Of a stretch of DNA of 64,000 bases, positions 59,229 to 64,000 are shown in pieces. The DNA is from Histomonas meleagridis 2922-C6/04-290x (Eukaryota; Protista; Parabasalia). The DNA lies in assembly GCA_020184695.1 (NCBI GenBank), contig JAANOX010000061.1, positions 1 through 64,000 of the forward strand, read 5' to 3'. The translations under genes were made by a program, and so were the position numbers. The first letter of the stretch is position 1. Each line of letters begins with the position of its first letter. Below the pieces are notes generated by a model. That model was not told where the DNA came from. It saw only the letters and a list, made by a program, of their open reading frames with translations, and did not search any database.

Positions 59229-60907
59229 TTAAAATAATTAAAATAAATCCCAAATGTTATTTTGGGATATAAGGTTGTTAAAATGGGTATTAAATAAAAC
59301 AAATAAATATCTTTAGCTTTAATATCAATTCATTTTCGTTCAAGAAGTAATTTAATTATTTCTGTATAACCACATTTGGATGCCATCATAAGTGCTGTTT
59401 GAAATAATTTTCATAATTTCCAAATAATATTTTGAAACATAAAATGATGAGCATAAATATTTAATAAAACAAATTAATATTTTTAGCATTAATATCAATC
59501 CCTTTTTGTTCAAAAAGTAATTTCGCTATTTCTGCATGTTCATTATGAATTATTTTAAAAAGTATTGTATTAAATAATTTTAATAATTTCCAGATATTAT
59601 TTTGTAATCATAAATTACTAAAATAAATATCAAATAAAACAAATAAAAATCTCTCTCATTAATATCAATTCCTTTTTGTTCAAGTAAATAGTTAAATATC
59701 TTAATATTCATAAATTTATTAGTTGAAAGCCTTTCAATAAACTCACTCGAATTTCTTCAATAATATTTTCATAAATATATATAAAGAGAAATACATAATT
59801 ATCATAGAAAATACAATAGTTTCCTAATTGATCGATACCATAATACATGAGCATACATCCAAACTTTTGACGCAAACTTTCGATTTTTTCTAAATTATTT
59901 TCATAGATATAATGAAAGATATCATTTCTATGAAATTCAATTGCTGCTTCATATGCACCTTCAAATGATGAATGATTTTGCCCACATAAATGAACAATTT
60001 CTTCGTTTCCACTTGCAACTGCATATTTACCTGTATTTTCCATTTTATCACCATTCATAAGTAAATATTTAAAACATTTTTCTGCAGAAAAAAATGATGC
60101 CTAATCAATTAATGCAATATCATCTTGATTAATAAAAGAATATCTTTCATAAAGTGATAGTTTAATTGATTGATTAAAATTAAAATTACTTTGTGATGAT
60201 ATTTCTTGAAGTTTTTCGATTTCATCATTTCGAATTATTTTTGATATTTTACTTGAATTAACTCCTTCTTTAACATATTTCTTATGTCGTTCAAAATCAT
60301 TCTTTGAAAGTTCTTCATAACTTTCATCATGATAATTATAAGATTCATATTGCACCTTCAAAACATTTGTTGGTTTATTCGGAAAATGATGTGCAAAATA
60401 AAAATTATTTTTATTATCAACTGTTTTTGAGGAAACCATTCCCAATTCAATCATCCTTTCGAGAATAAAATATGATTCTTGTGAGTCTATGTTAAGAAGA
60501 AAATTTTTAAATCTATTGATCAATTCATTATTACTTATGTTAAATTCTTTTTCTTTATTTTCAATTTGTTTCATGAAATTAATATATAATTTAAAATTAT
60601 TCATTTGCAAAACAATTGCTGAATATATTAATTGACTTAAAATCAAGTTTGAGAAATTATGTATACCATCATCTATTATTACATTCATGGTTGCACTGAT
60701 AGATTCATAAATGTTAATTTCGTTCAAATTAAAAATAATTTCTTCAAGATATTCCAAATTTTGCATAAATTTCGGAAGTACATAAGTAAATGATTGGTCA
60801 ACACTTTTTTGCATGACCTCTTTACTGGAACTATTTCCCATAATTTCAAACGATGAACCAAAATGCACTTTTTGAGATATCACACAAAAATCAGCACACA
60901 AAAACAT
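59229..60907 (-). pseudogene. DUF3447-type ankyrin-repeat gene, disrupted, with 80-nt spacers between repeats
   Basis: ISKIIRNDEIEKLQ, ALID*ASFFSAEKCFKYL (in-frame TAG at 60101), YAVASGNEEIVHL, AAIEFHRNDIF; frameshift at ~59730; ankyrin modules ending EQKGIDINAK. Alternative start MGNSSS at 60841. Confidence 0.8.
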
Positions 60908-61969
60908 TTATTTCAACTGAAAAATTCAACGAATAAAATGCAGGTTAATTTTTTTTAATGAAAGTTTTAGAAAAGATGGAATGGAAGAGTTTGGCCACAA
61001 ATAAGAAAACTCCAACCTGAGTTTCCATGCCTTGCTTCAATTATCTTAAAAAATGTTCATTGGGAAGCGAATGAAGATTCAAGTCATGTTATAAAAATCT
61101 AAATAGTATGGATAAGCTTATCCACAAAAATCTAACTGAGCTCCAATAAGCAGCTATTGGCGTGTTAACATCATTTATGACATTCTCTTAATTAAACATA
61201 ATGTTAGTGGCTACTTCATTTTCTGAGTTCATCAAAAATTTTAGTAAAGGCAATTCAGTTAATTAACAAATATTTGCTTTAAAAATGCCCAAATTTTTTT
61301 ATCATCACCAATCACAGCCACTAGAAGCTAGCACTCGCTGCTATATAGCTTGTTGATTCCAATTTGTTTATAAGCATTTATATTAAGGAATAAAAATTAT
61401 CAATTTTTAATGATACATTTTCATGATAAATCAATTTCAAGATGAATATACAATATGAAACATATTTCACAATTTAAAATAACATTAGATATTGTTCATT
61501 GTGCAGCTCGATTAAAAACGTTTAAATACGTTTATTTTTAGCGTTGCGGTTTGAATTGACGATACCATTGTTTCCATCAACGATGATCAATGAGCGGTTA
61601 AATGTGTTCAAAATTGAAAATATACGGTTTATATAAAAAATTGATTGCCTCACATTTTGATCACGGTTAGTATTGAAAAGTACAATTTCATTGCATTCAA
61701 TTACATAATCAAACTGCCATTTTTCATTGAATATATATCGCATATAAAATAGAAATATCTCTATATACATATTAATTATTATGGTAAAATATGTAGATAT
61801 ATCATATACATGTGTACTAATGTAATGTTTATTAGTTATAATGATTAAACAGAACTTTTATTTAACCAGAAACACTGTTTCTTTTGTTTATTCTCTGCGC
61901 TATAACTTCCGTTTCCACTCAAAAATTGTCAAAAAAAGAGGTTTTGAGTGAAATACGTTAGCTAAAAAT

Positions 61970-64000
61970 ATGCAGCCAAAAAAATCGGGTCGGAACAATT
62001 ATCAACCTTCCCATCCCTATAACAGCTGGCGCGGAAACATACCAAGCACACAAAATCCATATTCAAAATACACCACGTTCTCATCAAATTATCATAGCAT
62101 GGTCACCAAAAAATATACAAACCAAGTAACACCACAAAAGCGGCTACCCAAAGATGTTCATCCCGGTGTTGAAATCAAAAAGCAAACTACTCATTCAACC
62201 AAAGCACCAATTGTTGATAAGTATAATCAACGTGAATCTGTCTTAGAAGCCTTTCTCACCAATGCTACCACAATGCCTCTACACTCAGCTGTCGAAGAGA
62301 TCATGACCATTTCATTAAAAGCGCAAAATGTAATAATGTGGCAAGATGTCCCATCATTACATGCGTTATATTCCGAGAAAATCAAGAAGTCCATTGACCA
62401 TTCAGTCGGCCTTGTCGGGTACACCTTCTTTCGTCGCGAGATTGTGAAGATTCCAAATGTCACAGAACATCAAGCGTACAGCCCGGAGATCGACGGCGAA
62501 ATCGTTCCAAACAACAGCTCAGTCATCATCTTCCCGCTGTGGGACCTCAATAACAATGTGTGTGCTGTTGTTGAAGTTATTCGTGATTCAAAGAATCCAT
62601 TTTTCGATAACGACGACGAAGAATTCATAGAATATTTCATTAGAAAATATAAGTTTTATTGTACATGGCTTAGGAAACAACCTCATCCTCATCAACAATG
62701 TCTTGAGTTAATGCAACTTATGGAAGTTGAACAATTCTTAATTTTACTCCAAAGAAAAATTTCAGAACTTTACAACTGCAGAGTATGTGAAATTTGGAAA
62801 TATGATAAAACGAATGGAGAACTCCAACAATACAAAAGATCGAAGATATCAATCGATATTAACCATTCTGGGATTGTCGGCGAAGCGATTTTAAATGAGA
62901 TACAGATCAATTGTATGGTCAATAAATTACAAAGTTCATATTGCGAAGAAGTGGATGGATCTGAAGCAGAATCAGTGCTTGCAGTCCCAGTCGTAGACCC
63001 AAAACAAAACACACGGTACGTCGTATGTGTTCGTGGAAGAAAAGATCTTCCAATGTTTACCATGGATGATGAAGTTAGCCTTAAGGACCTTGCGCCATAT
63101 ATAATCCTTGCGCTTGATAACAACGAAAGATATTCACAATCTGGATCAGGTGATCAACGAAATGAAAATGAACATCAATGCGTTAAAGATCTGACTGATA
63201 TCATCGAAATGCTTAATGACGAGTCAACTATTGATGACATTGTTCAGAAATCAGTTGAAAGTTCTCGTCGAATCACAAATTCAGAACGTTCATATATGTA
63301 TATTCTTGACAAACAAAAACAAGTTCTTACACCAATCGTTGCACCGAACTTACGTAATGTTGAACCATTTCCAATTACTACAAATAATACTATTACTCAA
63401 ACATATAAAAGTGGCGAAGTTACAAACGTTTCTGACGTATACGAGGAACTTCACTTTGACAAGTCAAGTGAAATCGAGAATGGCTTCAAGACAAAATCGT
63501 TATTATCAATTCCCATCAAAAACGCACGTAAAGAAGTCATTGGCGTTGTTGAATTCCATAACAAACATGACGGGAAACCGTTTTCATCGACTGATATTAA
63601 TTACGTTAACTTATTGATGTATTTCTGTGGATTATATATTGATAATCAAACTACGTATGAAAAGTCCGCAAAGAAAACACAACAATATGATTCATTATTA
63701 CAAACATCGACTATGTTAACATCGAGTGATAACATTAAGACATTATTAACTAACTTATTACAAATCATCAAACAAGTTATTGACTCTGATTGTGGCTCAA
63801 TCTTTTTAGTTGATGATGCACTTAGTTCATTAACATCATATATTGTTGACGGCGCTAATTTACCACCAACAATACCAATATCAAATGGAATTGCAGCTAC
63901 AACAGTTAAAACTAAAGAAGCGCTAATGATTAATGATGCATATCATGATCCACGATTTAATAAATTCATTGATTATACAACTGGTTATAAGACTAAATCA
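61970..64000 (+). CDS. multi-GAF-domain protein, 3'-partial (>677 aa)
   Basis: Frame open from ATG 61970 to the window end; GAF signatures GLVGYTF..IFPLWD, GIVGEA..SVLAVPV, GFKTKSLLSIPI..IGVVEFHNK, GIAA..INDAYHDPRFNKFIDYTTGYKTKS. Confidence 0.88.
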   Translation, partial: MQPKKSGRNNYQPSHPYNSWRGNIPSTQNPYSKYTTFSSNYHSMVTKKYTNQVTPQKRLPKDVHPGVEIKKQTTHSTKAPIVDKYNQRESVLEAFLTNATTMPLHSAVEEIMTISLKAQNVIMWQDVPSLHALYSEKIKKSIDHSVGLVGYTFFRREIVKIPNVTEHQAYSPEIDGEIVPNNSSVIIFPLWDLNNNVCAVVEVIRDSKNPFFDNDDEEFIEYFIRKYKFYCTWLRKQPHPHQQCLELMQLMEVEQFLILLQRKISELYNCRVCEIWKYDKTNGELQQYKRSKISIDINHSGIVGEAILNEIQINCMVNKLQSSYCEEVDGSEAESVLAVPVVDPKQNTRYVVCVRGRKDLPMFTMDDEVSLKDLAPYIILALDNNERYSQSGSGDQRNENEHQCVKDLTDIIEMLNDESTIDDIVQKSVESSRRITNSERSYMYILDKQKQVLTPIVAPNLRNVEPFPITTNNTITQTYKSGEVTNVSDVYEELHFDKSSEIENGFKTKSLLSIPIKNARKEVIGVVEFHNKHDGKPFSSTDINYVNLLMYFCGLYIDNQTTYEKSAKKTQQYDSLLQTSTMLTSSDNIKTLLTNLLQIIKQVIDSDCGSIFLVDDALSSLTSYIVDGANLPPTIPISNGIAATTVKTKEALMINDAYHDPRFNKFIDYTTGYKTKS

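Noticed and set aside
59399-59478. Canonical GT-AG intron in the ankyrin spacer
   Set aside because: Splicing from the conserved GT to the ACAG puts the next module out of frame; other spacers lack the GT or the AG; there is no branch consensus.
59229-59700. CRISPR array
   Set aside because: The pattern is coding ankyrin modules plus conserved spacers in a eukaryotic context; there are no short identical repeats with unique spacers and no cas genes.
11072-60103. Stop-codon reassignment or readthrough explaining the in-frame TAA (12622), TAG (53130, 60101) and TGA (~59330)
   Set aside because: All three stop types end normal genes in this window, the in-frame stops replace different residues (Tyr, Gly), and they co-occur with frameshifts.
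60980-61102. WPQIRKLQPEFPCLASIILK as a hAT transposase dimerisation-domain relic
   Set aside because: Too short, lacks the downstream ER.FS motif, and has no terminal repeats.
61522-61770. 82-aa ORF as a DDE transposase fragment
   Set aside because: No convincing catalytic motif spacing; probably spurious.

Overview
AT-rich, intron-free, gene-dense eukaryotic DNA. It is most consistent with a parabasalid (trichomonad, Tritrichomonas-like) genome, based on a BspA-type LRR surface protein with a DPF tail, a DUF3447-ankyrin gene, M3/Inr-like promoter elements, an R2R3 Myb and many coiled-coil ORFs. The window holds about 27 apparently intact CDSs, one tRNA-Thr(UGU), and six disrupted loci (Tudor-SN, two Vps36 copies, a C39-like peptidase and two ankyrin loci). 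Four observations stand out. (1) Ankyrin repeats at two loci are interrupted at the same position by conserved AT-rich 80-nt or 60-nt spacers. These lack usable GT-AG ends, carry short terminal direct repeats, and in the 80-nt class contain a covarying hairpin, so they are candidate non-canonical introns or excised elements. (2) A prokaryote-type AmmeMemoRadiSam radical SAM enzyme is fused to a C-terminal flavodoxin. (3) A ~1.55 kb inverted duplication of Vps36 brackets a KRTCAP2-like gene and a BspA gene, and the two copies carry complementary 2-nt indels. (4) A four-domain cationic saposin polyprotein has anionic linkers bounded by Asn. All family calls come from recognising motifs by eye; no searches were run. 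Some frameshifts may be assembly errors.
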